Assembly: GCA_965224465.1 (NCBI GenBank) | Contig: OZ245049.1 | Coordinates: 3,990,001-4,022,000, forward strand | From: Flavobacteriaceae bacterium | GTDB taxonomy: Bacteria > Bacteroidota > Bacteroidia > Flavobacteriales > Flavobacteriaceae | DNA: 32,000 nt | Reading direction: 5' to 3' | In this document: positions 9,219-18,549 of the stretch, in pieces | Numbering within the stretch: the stretch's first letter is position 1 | Layout: each line of letters starts with the position of its first letter | Position numbers and translations under genes: made by a program | The notes under the pieces: model-generated | Seen by the model: the letters and a program-made list of their open reading frames with translations, nothing else | What the model was told of the DNA's origin: nothing | Database searches by the model: none

Positions 9219-11603
9219 ATGGAATTATTAGTTAAATTTCTACCTGCATTTGGTGTGGGTGCATTACTGTTTGTATTCTTTAAAAACAAATGGGTTACGA
9301 AACAAGACGCAGGAGAAGCCAAAATGGCTCGAATTGCAAAAGACATTGCCGATGGTGCAATGTCCTTTTTAAAAGCTGAATACAAAGTGCTTTCCATTTT
9401 TGTAGTCGCAGTAGCAGGCTTGTTATTTTTAAAAGGAACCTATGAAGACGGTTCTAACGGAATGATTGCTGTATCATTTATTGTCGGAGCTATTTGTTCT
9501 GCATTGGCAGGATTGATAGGGATGAAAGTAGCGACAAAAGCAAACGTAAGAACTACACAAGCTGCTAGAACTTCTTTAGGAAAAGCATTAGAAGTTGCTT
9601 TTGCTGGTGGTGCCGTAATGGGCTTGGGAGTTGTAGGTCTTGGTGTCTTAGGATTGAGCAGTTTGTTTATCTTATACCAAGGGATGTGGTCTGGTAATGA
9701 AAATTTAGCATTGGTATTGAATGTTCTTTCGGGCTTTTCATTAGGAGCCTCTTCCATCGCTTTGTTTGCCCGTGTAGGTGGTGGTATTTATACCAAAGCT
9801 GCAGATGTAGGAGCAGATTTAGTTGGAAAAGTAGAAGCTGGAATTCCAGAAGATCATCCTTTAAACCCTGCAACTATTGCTGATAATGTTGGGGATAATG
9901 TAGGAGATGTAGCAGGAATGGGAGCGGATTTATTCGAATCTTATGTGGGGTCAATTATTGGAACCATGGTGCTTGGAGCTGTATATGCTACCTTGCCAGA
10001 ATTTTCGGATCAATTTGATGGCTTAGGGGCTGTGTATTTGCCATTAGTATTGGCAGCTGTAGGTATTGTAATGTCCATTTTAGGGACATTTTTTGTACGT
10101 GTAAAGGACGGAGGGGATCCTCAAAAAGCATTGGATTTAGGAGCATTTGGTTCTGCTGGATTAATGTTGGTGGCCTCTTATTTTATCATTCAACAAATGT
10201 TGCCAGAATCTTGGGTGGAAGCTGGAATTACCTATACTTCTATGGGGGTTTTTTGGGCAACCATAGCGGGGCTTGTTACAGGATTATTAGTAGGAAAAGC
10301 TACAGAGTATTATACCGCAACAGGTAAGCCTCCAGTAATGTCTATTGTAAAACAATCTGAAACGGGTGCTGCAACTAATATTATTGCAGGTTTGGGTGTA
10401 GGGATGATGTCTACTATGATTCCTATTTTATTAATTGCAGCAGCTATTATGATATCTCATCATTTTGCAGGTTTGTACGGTATTGCTATTGCAGCTGTAG
10501 GGATGTTAGCAAATACGGGGATTCAATTGGCAGTAGATGCCTATGGTCCTATTTGTGACAATGCTGGAGGAATTGCTGAAATGGCGGAATTGCCAAAAGA
10601 AGTACGTGAACGTACCGATAAATTGGATGCCGTTGGAAATACGACAGCAGCTATTGGAAAAGGATTTGCTATTGCTTCGGCTGCCTTAACTGCCTTGGCT
10701 TTATTTGCAGCCTTTATGAAAACTGCTCACGTGACTTCTATTGATGTTTCTAAACCAAATATAATGGCAGGATTGTTAGTAGGAGGGATGTTGCCCTTTG
10801 TTTTCTCTGCCTTGTCTATGAATGCTGTGGGGCGTGCGGCAATGGCAATGATTGAAGAAGTGAGACGTCAGTTTAAAGAAATACCTGAATTAAAAGCTGC
10901 CTTGGAGGTGATGCGTAAATACGATTCGGATATGTCTAAAGCAAGCGCAGAAGATAGAGCTATTTTTGACAAAGCAGATGGCGTTGCTGATTATGGAAAG
11001 TGTATTGATATCTCTACCAATGCGTCTTTAAAAGAAATGGTGCTGCCAGGTTTATTAGCAATTGTTGTACCAGTGGTTGTTGGTTTTTTGGGAGGTGCAG
11101 AAATGCTTGGTGGACTTTTAGCTGGGGTTACTACCTGTGGTGTGCTTATGGCAATATTTCAGTCCAATGCTGGTGGTGCTTGGGACAATGCAAAAAAGAC
11201 TATTGAAGAGAATGGAGGGAAAGGAACCGATGTTCATAAAGCATCTGTGGTAGGTGATACCGTTGGTGATCCTTTTAAAGATACTTCGGGACCTTCTTTA
11301 AATATTTTATTAAAATTAATGTCTGTAGTAGCTTTGGTGATTGCACCGAGTATTGCTTTAGATGTGGATAAAATAGAGGTAAAATCGGAAATAGGGCAAG
11401 TTCAGTTTATGGAAAATATGACGAGTCAAAAGGAAGCTCAAATAGCAGTCGTAATTAATAGGAGTTCTGATGGGACCATAAAGGAAACAGTTAGGTCTAG
11501 TGACGGGAGAGCTACTCATGGAATAATTATTAAGGAGGGAGTTGTGGAAAAAGCAACGCTTAAAGGGACTCCCCGTGATAATACCAATTACAATCTAAAA
11601 TGA
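9219..11603 (+). CDS. hppA: Membrane-bound proton-translocating pyrophosphatase (H+-PPase) with a non-membrane C-terminal tail of about 75 aa
   Basis: Multi-TM 794-aa ORF with H+-PPase signatures ([67 protein letters not shown]). The ORF continues past the last hydrophobic helix. Its last codons and the TGA stop lie inside repeat copy A. Confidence 0.9.
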   Translation: MELLVKFLPAFGVGALLFVFFKNKWVTKQDAGEAKMARIAKDIADGAMSFLKAEYKVLSIFVVAVAGLLFLKGTYEDGSNGMIAVSFIVGAICSALAGLIGMKVATKANVRTTQAARTSLGKALEVAFAGGAVMGLGVVGLGVLGLSSLFILYQGMWSGNENLALVLNVLSGFSLGASSIALFARVGGGIYTKAADVGADLVGKVEAGIPEDHPLNPATIADNVGDNVGDVAGMGADLFESYVGSIIGTMVLGAVYATLPEFSDQFDGLGAVYLPLVLAAVGIVMSILGTFFVRVKDGGDPQKALDLGAFGSAGLMLVASYFIIQQMLPESWVEAGITYTSMGVFWATIAGLVTGLLVGKATEYYTATGKPPVMSIVKQSETGAATNIIAGLGVGMMSTMIPILLIAAAIMISHHFAGLYGIAIAAVGMLANTGIQLAVDAYGPICDNAGGIAEMAELPKEVRERTDKLDAVGNTTAAIGKGFAIASAALTALALFAAFMKTAHVTSIDVSKPNIMAGLLVGGMLPFVFSALSMNAVGRAAMAMIEEVRRQFKEIPELKAALEVMRKYDSDMSKASAEDRAIFDKADGVADYGKCIDISTNASLKEMVLPGLLAIVVPVVVGFLGGAEMLGGLLAGVTTCGVLMAIFQSNAGGAWDNAKKTIEENGGKGTDVHKASVVGDTVGDPFKDTSGPSLNILLKLMSVVALVIAPSIALDVDKIEVKSEIGQVQFMENMTSQKEAQIAVVINRSSDGTIKETVRSSDGRATHGIIIKEGVVEKATLKGTPRDNTNYNLK

Positions 11604-11656
11604 CCGATATAAATAATTCCATTTCTAAACCGTCATTTGGAAATGTATTTGGTATA
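11581..11656 (+). repeat. Dispersed repeat family, copy A (short form: 5' module joined directly to 3' module)
   Basis: ATACCAATTACAATCTAAAATGACCGATATAAATA + ATTCCATTTCTAAACCGTCATTTGGAAATGTATTTGGTATA. It aligns to both ends of copies B and C and overlaps the last 8 codons and the stop of hppA. Confidence 0.8.
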
Positions 11657-11691
11657 AGAATGTAAAATAGCTGTACTAATTTTAGTGGACT

Positions 11692-11726
11692 AAAAAAAAT
11701 GCTCGCAAACTGCGAGCATTTTTTTT
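11692..11726. terminator. Bidirectional intrinsic terminator between hppA (+) and the S9 peptidase (-)
   Basis: AAAAAAAAT GCTCGCA aac TGCGAGC ATTTTTTTT, with an A-run and a T-run flanking a GC-rich hairpin. Confidence 0.8.
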
Positions 11727-11799
11727 GAGTAGTACTGTTATGGAAAATGAACAGTGATTTTGTAGAAAATGTATTGGAATTAGGTTTTACCTAGATTGT

Positions 11800-14316
11800 T
11801 TAATTCTTCATTTTATCACGATTCATTTCAATGATATCTACACTGTTATCTGTATTTCCTAAAAAGTATTTGCTAAAGTGATCTGCTCGTAGCCAAAAGG
11901 AATACTCTGTCATTTTTCCAAAACTATGGCGTTGTCCAGGCATGATCATAAAGTCAAAACGTTTGTGGGCTTTTATGAGTGCATTGGCCATTCTAATTGT
12001 TGCTCCAGGGTGTACATTATTGTCTACATCGCCTGTGATTAATAGGAGTCGTCCTTTTAAATTACTAGCGAGTTCTTGGTTTTTATCAATTGTATATTTG
12101 TATTTAATTTTACCATCGGCATCTTTTTCCGCCAATACTCCATTGTGTGTTTCACTCCACCAGCTATTGTAGATGCTATTGTCGTGATTTCCAGCAGAAG
12201 AAACAGCTACTTTAAAAAAGTCGGGATATTGCAATATAGCAGCAGTTGACATAAATCCACCTCCTGAATGTCCGTAAATACCTACTTTTTCAATATTGAT
12301 AAAAGAATGTTTATCGGCTAATTGTTCTGCAACGTATTTTTTATCCGCGAGTCCGTAATCTCTTAAATTTCCATATCCGTAATTGTGATACCATTTAGAA
12401 CGGTTTGGATGTCCTCCTCTGTTTCCTAGTGTTACTACAATAAAACCTATTTGTGCCATACGGTCAACTCGATCCATTCTCAAAGAAAAAGCTTTGTTTA
12501 CGGCTTCGGTTTGTGGCCCAGGGTATACGTATTCTAATAAAGGGTAACTCTTTGTTTGATCAAAGTCAAAGGGTTTGTACATAACACCGTAAATATCTGT
12601 GATCCCATCGTCTGCTTTCATTTTAAATGTTTCCGGGAATTTATAGCCTGTGGCGAATAATTGAGATAAATCGGCCTCCTCTAATTTCATGATAAGGGAA
12701 CCATTATTGCTGCGTAATTCAGCAATTGGAGCTGTGTTTACCCGAGAGTAATTACTTACAAAATAGCGCTTAGAATCTGCCATGCTTGTTTTGCTAGTAA
12801 AATTACCAGGGTTTAAGTTTTTTAAGCCCGTACCGTTTAAGTTAATTTTGTAGAGGTGTTCGTAATACGGGTCTTGATCTTTACTGACACCGTTTGCTGT
12901 AAAATACAAAACGCGATTTTTTTCGTCTATGTTTTTAAAGCTATTTACGTGATATGCTCCAGAAGTTACTTGGTTTTTTAAGTTTCCTTTGTTGTCGTAT
13001 AGATAAAAATGTGCCCATCCATCACGCTCAGCCCAATGTAATAGTTCGGTTTCGTTATTAAATAATACTAAACTTCGTTTTTCGATATAAGTGTTAAAAC
13101 GTTCCTTAATAAGTACCTTGCTTTCTCCTGTTTGGATGTCAGCCACACAAATATCTAAGTTTTTACGGTCTCTGCTGATTGTGCTGTAATAGATTTTTCC
13201 TTTTTTTGATAGTAAGCGTGAAGGACGGAAATCGTCATCCATTGTTGCTTTTTTTCTAGGGGCTCTATAAATAGAAATTCCTTGTTGCACCGTGCTGTCA
13301 AGCGCTACATTTATTACTTTCTTGGTAGGGATGTCAAAAATCAACAATTCCTCTTTTGCAAATTCTTGTTCGCCAGGCATGTGGTATTTATAGGTTTCTA
13401 ATGTTGGACGTTTTTTAGCTACCGAATTAATTACCCATAAGTCTTTTAGCATCCGTTCGTCACTGCGTTTGAAAACAAACTTTTTTGAATTGTGAGACCA
13501 AACTCCCCAAATGTTTTTTCTGTCGTCTTTTTTCTTTTCTTTGCTCTCGTTGTTTTGTCCGTAGGTGCCTCCTCCGTAGTTGTAGTTTTCTACACCGTCT
13601 TTGGTCCATTGATGTTCTACAATTGTACTGTCTTTTTCGTCTTTAACTGCTTTTAGAAAGTTTTCTTTGTCCATCCAAAATAAGTTGAAATTTTTAGAGA
13701 AAAGAACAATAGTACTATCAGGAGCTATGTTTGCCCATTTTTCCCATTTCTTTTCTTTTTCTTTTTCAGTGTCAATGACCGTAAGTTTATTTCCTCCCAA
13801 TTTGTACTCTAAATGATATACTTTAGATTCCATTTTAGGTGCTTTTTTTTCTGATTTTTTAATGTCAGTACTGTCTTTTTTTTGAGCGTCCTTTTTAGTT
13901 TCTTTTACGGCTACTTTTTCTGTAGCTGTTATTCTAAAACGAATGGCGGTTTCGTTTTTGACAAATTTAAAACTGAACTTTGGTAAATGTTGTGAGTCGT
14001 AGGGGTCTTTGGTGATTAACGTGAGCCATTTTGCCATTTTTTCGTTGTCAAAAAGTACTTTCTTTGTGCGTTTATCGGCGTTTACCAAATAATAATTAGA
14101 TCCATTTGTAGTTTTGTATTGGTACCAGAATCTATTTCCGTTTTTTAACCAATGTGCTCTAACCTTTGTGGAATGTACCAGTTTTCCTAAATTTTCAGGA
14201 GCGTACTTTGCTGCCAATCGATAATTAGGTGTAGGTATTTTCGAAACTTGTTCTTCTTGAGAAAAGAGTGTATTCACACTTAAAAAAAGCGCAAAAATAA
14301 TGAATGTATGTTTCAT
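11800..14316 (-). CDS. S9-family serine peptidase, DPP-IV-like (N-terminal propeller plus alpha/beta hydrolase)
   Basis: 838-aa ORF with a signal peptide (MKHTFIIFALFLSVNTLFSQ). The C-terminal catalytic domain has the nucleophile elbow GIYGHSGGGF and downstream Asp/His contexts (GDVDNNVHP, PGQRHSF). Confidence 0.85.
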   Translation of the reverse strand: MKHTFIIFALFLSVNTLFSQEEQVSKIPTPNYRLAAKYAPENLGKLVHSTKVRAHWLKNGNRFWYQYKTTNGSNYYLVNADKRTKKVLFDNEKMAKWLTLITKDPYDSQHLPKFSFKFVKNETAIRFRITATEKVAVKETKKDAQKKDSTDIKKSEKKAPKMESKVYHLEYKLGGNKLTVIDTEKEKEKKWEKWANIAPDSTIVLFSKNFNLFWMDKENFLKAVKDEKDSTIVEHQWTKDGVENYNYGGGTYGQNNESKEKKKDDRKNIWGVWSHNSKKFVFKRSDERMLKDLWVINSVAKKRPTLETYKYHMPGEQEFAKEELLIFDIPTKKVINVALDSTVQQGISIYRAPRKKATMDDDFRPSRLLSKKGKIYYSTISRDRKNLDICVADIQTGESKVLIKERFNTYIEKRSLVLFNNETELLHWAERDGWAHFYLYDNKGNLKNQVTSGAYHVNSFKNIDEKNRVLYFTANGVSKDQDPYYEHLYKINLNGTGLKNLNPGNFTSKTSMADSKRYFVSNYSRVNTAPIAELRSNNGSLIMKLEEADLSQLFATGYKFPETFKMKADDGITDIYGVMYKPFDFDQTKSYPLLEYVYPGPQTEAVNKAFSLRMDRVDRMAQIGFIVVTLGNRGGHPNRSKWYHNYGYGNLRDYGLADKKYVAEQLADKHSFINIEKVGIYGHSGGGFMSTAAILQYPDFFKVAVSSAGNHDNSIYNSWWSETHNGVLAEKDADGKIKYKYTIDKNQELASNLKGRLLLITGDVDNNVHPGATIRMANALIKAHKRFDFMIMPGQRHSFGKMTEYSFWLRADHFSKYFLGNTDNSVDIIEMNRDKMKN

Positions 14317-14446
14317 GATAAGGGACGTGATTGTTTTTTTTGGTGAAAATACGAAGTTACTATTTCGTGTTTTATTGAGCAGGTGTTAAATGTTAAAATT
14401 ACCCTAATAATTGACACTGATTTTGAAGTAAAGATGAGGCGTAAAA

Positions 14447-14469
14447 AAAACGCGTTAGTTGCGCGTTTT
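14447..14469 (-). terminator. Intrinsic terminator downstream of the deoxynucleoside kinase gene and repeat copy C
   Basis: The minus strand reads AAAAACGCG caactaa CGCGTTTTTTTT. Confidence 0.6.
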
Positions 14470-14478
14470 TAAGTGTGT

Positions 14479-14640
14479 TATACCAAATATATTTCCAAGT
14501 GACGGTTTAGAAATATAATTATTTTTTGTTTTAGTTAGGCGAGAAATGGAAGAACAGCCTTAGCTATCGTTCTGTTTTTTAACAACGCTAGCACGTAAAA
14601 TAAACTATTTATATCGATTATTTTGGATTGGAATTGGTAT
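14479..14640 (-). repeat. Dispersed repeat family, copy C (long form, about 162 nt, inverted on the plus strand)
   Basis: The reverse complement aligns along its whole length with copy B. Shared blocks are ATACCAATTCCAATCCAAAATAATCGATATAAATAGTTTATTTTACG.., ..ACGATAGCTAA.., ..CTAAAACAAAAAA.., and ..ATTTCTAAACCGTCACTTGGAAATATATTTGGTATA. It starts 17 nt after the kinase stop, in the same orientation as that gene. Confidence 0.8.
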
Positions 14641-14656
14641 TAGAATGGGTGTTGTT

Positions 14657-15271
14657 TTAAAATAATCCATTTATTTGTGCATCTATCTTATCTATAATAG
14701 TCCCTAGATCCTCGGGTTTTGAAACAAAATCTAAATTATCTATATCTATTATTAATAGTTTTCCTTTGTCGTAATTTGTAATCCATGCCTCATAGCGTTC
14801 GTTCAAACGACTCAAATAATCTATACTTATTGAGTTTTCATACTCTCTGCCACGTTTGTGAATTTGACCTACTAATGAAGAAATAGAACCACGCAAATAA
14901 ATCAATAAATCTGGAGGTGATACAAGTTGCTCCATCAATTCAAATAGCGATGAATAGTTTTTAAAATCACGATTGGTCATCAAGCCCATAGCATGTAAAT
15001 TTGGCGCGAAAATACGTGCATCCTCATAAATGGTACGGTCTTGAATAATTTCTTTTCCACTTTTTCTGATTTTCAAGATCTGCCTAAATCTGCTGTTTAG
15101 AAAATAAACTTGTAAATTGAACGACCATCGTTCCATCTCGCCATAAAAGTCATCTAAATATGGATTTTCATCCACCGATTCGTAATGTGGTTCCCAGTTG
15201 TAATGTTTAGATAAGAGTTTGGTTAGCGTTGTTTTACCTGCTCCAATGTTTCCGGCAATGGCTACGTGCAT
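14657..15271 (-). CDS. Deoxynucleoside kinase (dCK/dGK family)
   Basis: 204-aa ORF with the P-loop AGNIGAGKTTL and dNK-family blocks (ERWSFNLQVYFL, QDRTIYED). Confidence 0.85.
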   Translation of the reverse strand: MHVAIAGNIGAGKTTLTKLLSKHYNWEPHYESVDENPYLDDFYGEMERWSFNLQVYFLNSRFRQILKIRKSGKEIIQDRTIYEDARIFAPNLHAMGLMTNRDFKNYSSLFELMEQLVSPPDLLIYLRGSISSLVGQIHKRGREYENSISIDYLSRLNERYEAWITNYDKGKLLIIDIDNLDFVSKPEDLGTIIDKIDAQINGLF

Positions 15272-15344
15272 ACTATTTGGTGTTCAAAATTTATAAAAAA
15301 TAAAAGTAATCAAATTTTTATAATTATACGGTGTATATAGTTGT

Positions 15345-16019
15345 CTAAATAATCAATTTATAACCTACACCTCGGATATTTAGTATTTTAATGCTTGTGT
15401 CTTTATTTAGTTTTTTACGTAGTTTACTTATAAAGACATCCATGCTTCTTGCATTAAAAAAATCATCATTTCCCCATAATTTATTTAAGATATAGGCTCG
15501 TTCTAATACCTTGTTTTTTGATTGGTATAAATAAAATAATAAGTCGGATTCTCTGTGTGTGAGTTCTGCAGCTATGTTATCATGGAAAAGCAATTGTTTG
15601 GTGTTGTCAAATGTATATGTTCCTATTTTAACGGTGCTTGACCCCTTGGTCTTCCTGTGTAATAAGGCTTCTATTCGAACGATCAATTCTTCCATAGAAA
15701 ATGGTTTTTTTAAATAGTCGTTGCCTCCGATATGAAATCCTTCTATTACATCTTTTACCTGTGATTTTGCCGTTAAAAAAATAATGGGAATAGAATTGTT
15801 AGACTGCCTGATTTCTTTGGCAACTGTAAATCCATCTTTTAAAGGCATCATCACATCCAACACTAAGATGTCTGGTGTATTGGTCTGATAATGGGCGATA
15901 GCTATTTGTCCATTGTTACATAAATCCACCTCAAAATTTCGTGTTTCTAAGCTCTCTTTTATAATCTGTCCTAAAGAGGGTTCGTCCTCTGCCAATAATA
16001 TTTTAATAAGATTGCTCAT
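15345..16019 (-). CDS. Two-component response regulator, OmpR/PhoB-type winged-helix DNA-binding
   Basis: 224-aa ORF with an N-terminal receiver (ILLAEDEP, LVLDVMMP, FLTAK) and a C-terminal trans_reg_C-like domain (LTHRESDLL..VFISKLRKKL..IRGVGYKL). It overlaps the upstream kinase gene by 17 nt. Confidence 0.9.
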   Translation of the reverse strand: MSNLIKILLAEDEPSLGQIIKESLETRNFEVDLCNNGQIAIAHYQTNTPDILVLDVMMPLKDGFTVAKEIRQSNNSIPIIFLTAKSQVKDVIEGFHIGGNDYLKKPFSMEELIVRIEALLHRKTKGSSTVKIGTYTFDNTKQLLFHDNIAAELTHRESDLLFYLYQSKNKVLERAYILNKLWGNDDFFNARSMDVFISKLRKKLNKDTSIKILNIRGVGYKLII

Positions 16020-17445
16020 GGGGTAGTTTTATAATGAATGTGTTGTTTTTGGATCCTTCAATATGAATGGTTCCTCCTGTTTTTTTAATGATGCTTTTGC
16101 AATAATACAAACCGATTCCAAAACCTTTTACCGTATGTGTATTTCCTGTCGGAATGCGATAAAATTGTTCAAACACCTTTTTTTTATGTTGCTTTTTTAT
16201 GCCTTTTCCATTATCTGAAATGGCTAATGTAATCTCATTTTTATCTTCTTTTAAATCGATATAAACCTTATAATTCCCATATTTTACAGCATTGTCTAAC
16301 AAATTATTTACCGCATTTTCAAAATGAAATTCATCTACCTTATAATGGATGTTAGCATTTGGTATATGGACTTTAAATTGATAGTTCGTATGTAAAGATT
16401 GATGTTTAGCCACTATTTTTTCTATTAGTTTACTCAGGTTTATCTTTTCAAATTCCGATTTTCGCTTGTTTAAAGAGGCTGTTTCTAATAGTTTTTCAAC
16501 CATATATTCTAGTTTTTCTAGTTGTTGCGTAGAAGTGTCTAAATATATTTTTGTTTTTTTTGGATCTTCTAGTCCTCCAAAATTTTGCAGGCTTTCCAAG
16601 GCAACTGAAATGGTTGCAATAGGGGTTTTAAATTCGTGAGTGATATTACTAATCAAATCATTTTTAATCTCAGAGAGTTGCTTTTGATTGTTGATAATGT
16701 GCAATAGATAAAACAGACATCCAATAATGCAACAGGATAGTAATAATGATAGCATGATCCCTGTGGCACTTCGCCTAAGGGCACCAGCAAATGGATTACT
16801 GAAATACAAACGGATGTTTTCGTTCTTTTTTAGAAAAGTTGATTTTGAAGATACAGATAGGTATTCTAGCTTTGATAAATAAAATTTAGGGTAAAATAGA
16901 GTGTCATTTTTATAATGATAGAGTTGCTTTGAAACCTTAATGTTTCGTTGTTTTAATTGGATATTTAATAAGGAGTCTACTTGAGAATAGGCTATAGTAT
17001 CCTGCTGAAAAGAAATAATTATTTTAGTTAACCCTTTTATTAACTCAAGACTGTCTCCTGATTTTTCCCCCTTTAAGATGATAATGTTGGAAATGTTTTC
17101 AGGTTTTAGTTTATTGAAATCATCTATTTTATACAGTTGTTTTTTCTTGTCCTGATGGGTGGTTTTATTTGAGCTAAGGGAAACAAAATGTTTCCTAGAA
17201 CTGTTATTAAAGGTGGATGTATATGTTTTAGGATCTCCTTTTTCAATTATAGAAAAATAATTATTCTTTGCTATGTCTGCATAATATTCTTCTAAGGAAT
17301 TGTCCAAACTCAATTGGATTTCGTTGACGATACGCTGTTTGTTGACAAGGTAATTATTGTAATTCCAGTATAATTGTGCTGCTATGGTTAGTGTAATTGT
17401 CAGACTGATTAAAATTAATAAATAGCTGTATTTTGATTTATTCAT
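16003..17445 (-). CDS. Sensor histidine kinase (two TM segments, extracytoplasmic sensor region)
   Basis: 480-aa ORF. One TM helix is near the N-terminus and a second is around residue 230. It has the H-box ISNITHEFKTPIATI and ATPase N/G boxes (LLDNAVKYG, SDNGKGI, GFGIGLYYCK). Confidence 0.85.
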   Translation of the reverse strand: MNKSKYSYLLILISLTITLTIAAQLYWNYNNYLVNKQRIVNEIQLSLDNSLEEYYADIAKNNYFSIIEKGDPKTYTSTFNNSSRKHFVSLSSNKTTHQDKKKQLYKIDDFNKLKPENISNIIILKGEKSGDSLELIKGLTKIIISFQQDTIAYSQVDSLLNIQLKQRNIKVSKQLYHYKNDTLFYPKFYLSKLEYLSVSSKSTFLKKNENIRLYFSNPFAGALRRSATGIMLSLLLSCCIIGCLFYLLHIINNQKQLSEIKNDLISNITHEFKTPIATISVALESLQNFGGLEDPKKTKIYLDTSTQQLEKLEYMVEKLLETASLNKRKSEFEKINLSKLIEKIVAKHQSLHTNYQFKVHIPNANIHYKVDEFHFENAVNNLLDNAVKYGNYKVYIDLKEDKNEITLAISDNGKGIKKQHKKKVFEQFYRIPTGNTHTVKGFGIGLYYCKSIIKKTGGTIHIEGSKNNTFIIKLPHEQSY

Positions 17446-17484
17446 GATTCAAAAATAAGGACTTATTTTTAAAAAATAACTGAC

Positions 17485-17509
17485 TTAACAGTCGTTAACA
17501 CTAATTAAC
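17485..17509. promoter_or_regulatory. Three TTAAC(A/T) direct repeats at exact 10-nt phasing (candidate OmpR-type response-regulator site)
   Basis: TTAAC starts at 17485, 17495 and 17505 (cTTAACAgtcgTTAACActaaTTAACTaag). The site is in the divergent region between the kinase/regulator operon and the GLPGLI gene. It ends about 22 nt upstream of the TATGTTTG -7 box. Confidence 0.4.
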
Positions 17510-17531
17510 TAAGTCATACGCTATTCTGTTT

Positions 17532-17539
17532 TATGTTTG
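17532..17539 (+). promoter_or_regulatory. Bacteroidota-type -7 promoter box (TAnnTTTG) for the GLPGLI gene
   Basis: TATGTTTG lies 22 nt upstream of ATG 17561. Confidence 0.4.
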
Positions 17540-17560
17540 TAGACATAAAATATTTATATC

Positions 17561-18370
17561 ATGAAAAAAAACTATACCATTTTAGCCTTGTTCTTGTCGA
17601 TGGCTGTTTGTGCGCAGTCATTTACTGGAAAGGCGCTGTATCAAAGTAAACGCATAGGGGACATTAAAATAGAATCTAAAGGAATGGGAGGGGCACAACA
17701 AGCACAACTTCAGGAAATGCTAAAAAAACGATTCGAAAAAGTATATGAATTGCATTTCCATAAAACAACATCCTTGTATTATGAACAAGAAAAATTAGCA
17801 ACACCTACTGCAAAAATGACGGGTGGAATTCAAATTGTAATTGAAGAGGGAAGTAATAATAAATTATACAAAGATATCAAGGAGGAAACGTATGTGGACA
17901 AAAGAGATATGATGGGGAAGTTGTTTTTGATAGAGGATCACTTAGAAAAACTAGATTGGAAATTAGAAAAGGAATCAAAAAAAATAGGTAATTACACCTG
18001 TTTTAAAGCTGTAGCCATTGAAGAATATGAACATAAAAAATTTATGACAGATAGCATTACGTTAAAATCGAGAAAAATAATTGCATGGTATACGCCAGAG
18101 ATTCCTGTGAGTCATGGACCAGGAAAATTATATGGATTACCAGGTTTAATTTTAGAAGTGGCAGAAGGAAAGAACCTATTATTGTGTACTAAAATTGTAT
18201 TGAATCCTTTGAATGCAGTGCTGATTAAGCAACCAAGACGAGGAAAAAAAGTAAGTCAAAAAAAGTATGATATCATTAAGTATAAAAAATCAAAAGAAAT
18301 AATGAAACGCTTTAGAGGAAGTAGGAAAAAGGGAAAAGGGAATCAAATAACAATTGAAGTAAGGGACTAA
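17561..18370 (+). CDS. GLPGLI-family protein (secreted, function unknown)
   Basis: 269-aa ORF with a signal peptide (MKKNYTILALFLSMAVCAQ). The family-defining motif is literally present (KLYGLPGLILEV). Confidence 0.75.
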   Translation: MKKNYTILALFLSMAVCAQSFTGKALYQSKRIGDIKIESKGMGGAQQAQLQEMLKKRFEKVYELHFHKTTSLYYEQEKLATPTAKMTGGIQIVIEEGSNNKLYKDIKEETYVDKRDMMGKLFLIEDHLEKLDWKLEKESKKIGNYTCFKAVAIEEYEHKKFMTDSITLKSRKIIAWYTPEIPVSHGPGKLYGLPGLILEVAEGKNLLLCTKIVLNPLNAVLIKQPRRGKKVSQKKYDIIKYKKSKEIMKRFRGSRKKGKGNQITIEVRD

Positions 18371-18549
18371 GTGTGCTTTGTGTGTCCAGTTAATTTTTGA
18401 TGTATGATTTTTTTGACAGAAACTTTAAATAAGGGACTAAACTAAAATTAAAAACAGCTAAAAAAGGCTTGGAGGAATGTTTGGGAGGATGTCCAGTAGG
18501 AATTGTAATTGGTGTAAAAAAAACATCAACCTAATTTAGAATTAAACTC

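Noticed and set aside
11733-11756. Small hairpin ACTGTT..AACAGT just after the hppA/S9 bidirectional terminator.
   Set aside because: It is only 6 bp and has no T-run on either strand. The adjacent strong terminator already accounts for termination of both genes.
18371-18549. Direct repeats AAGGGACTAA (18361-18370 and 18431-18440) and TGTCCAGT (about 18384 and about 18491), plus a 20-codon mini-ORF (18477-18539), between the GLPGLI and barrel genes.
   Set aside because: The repeats are short (8-10 nt) and occur only twice each. The mini-ORF has a GGAGGA abutting its ATG with no spacer and has no distinctive composition. This is insufficient evidence for a feature.
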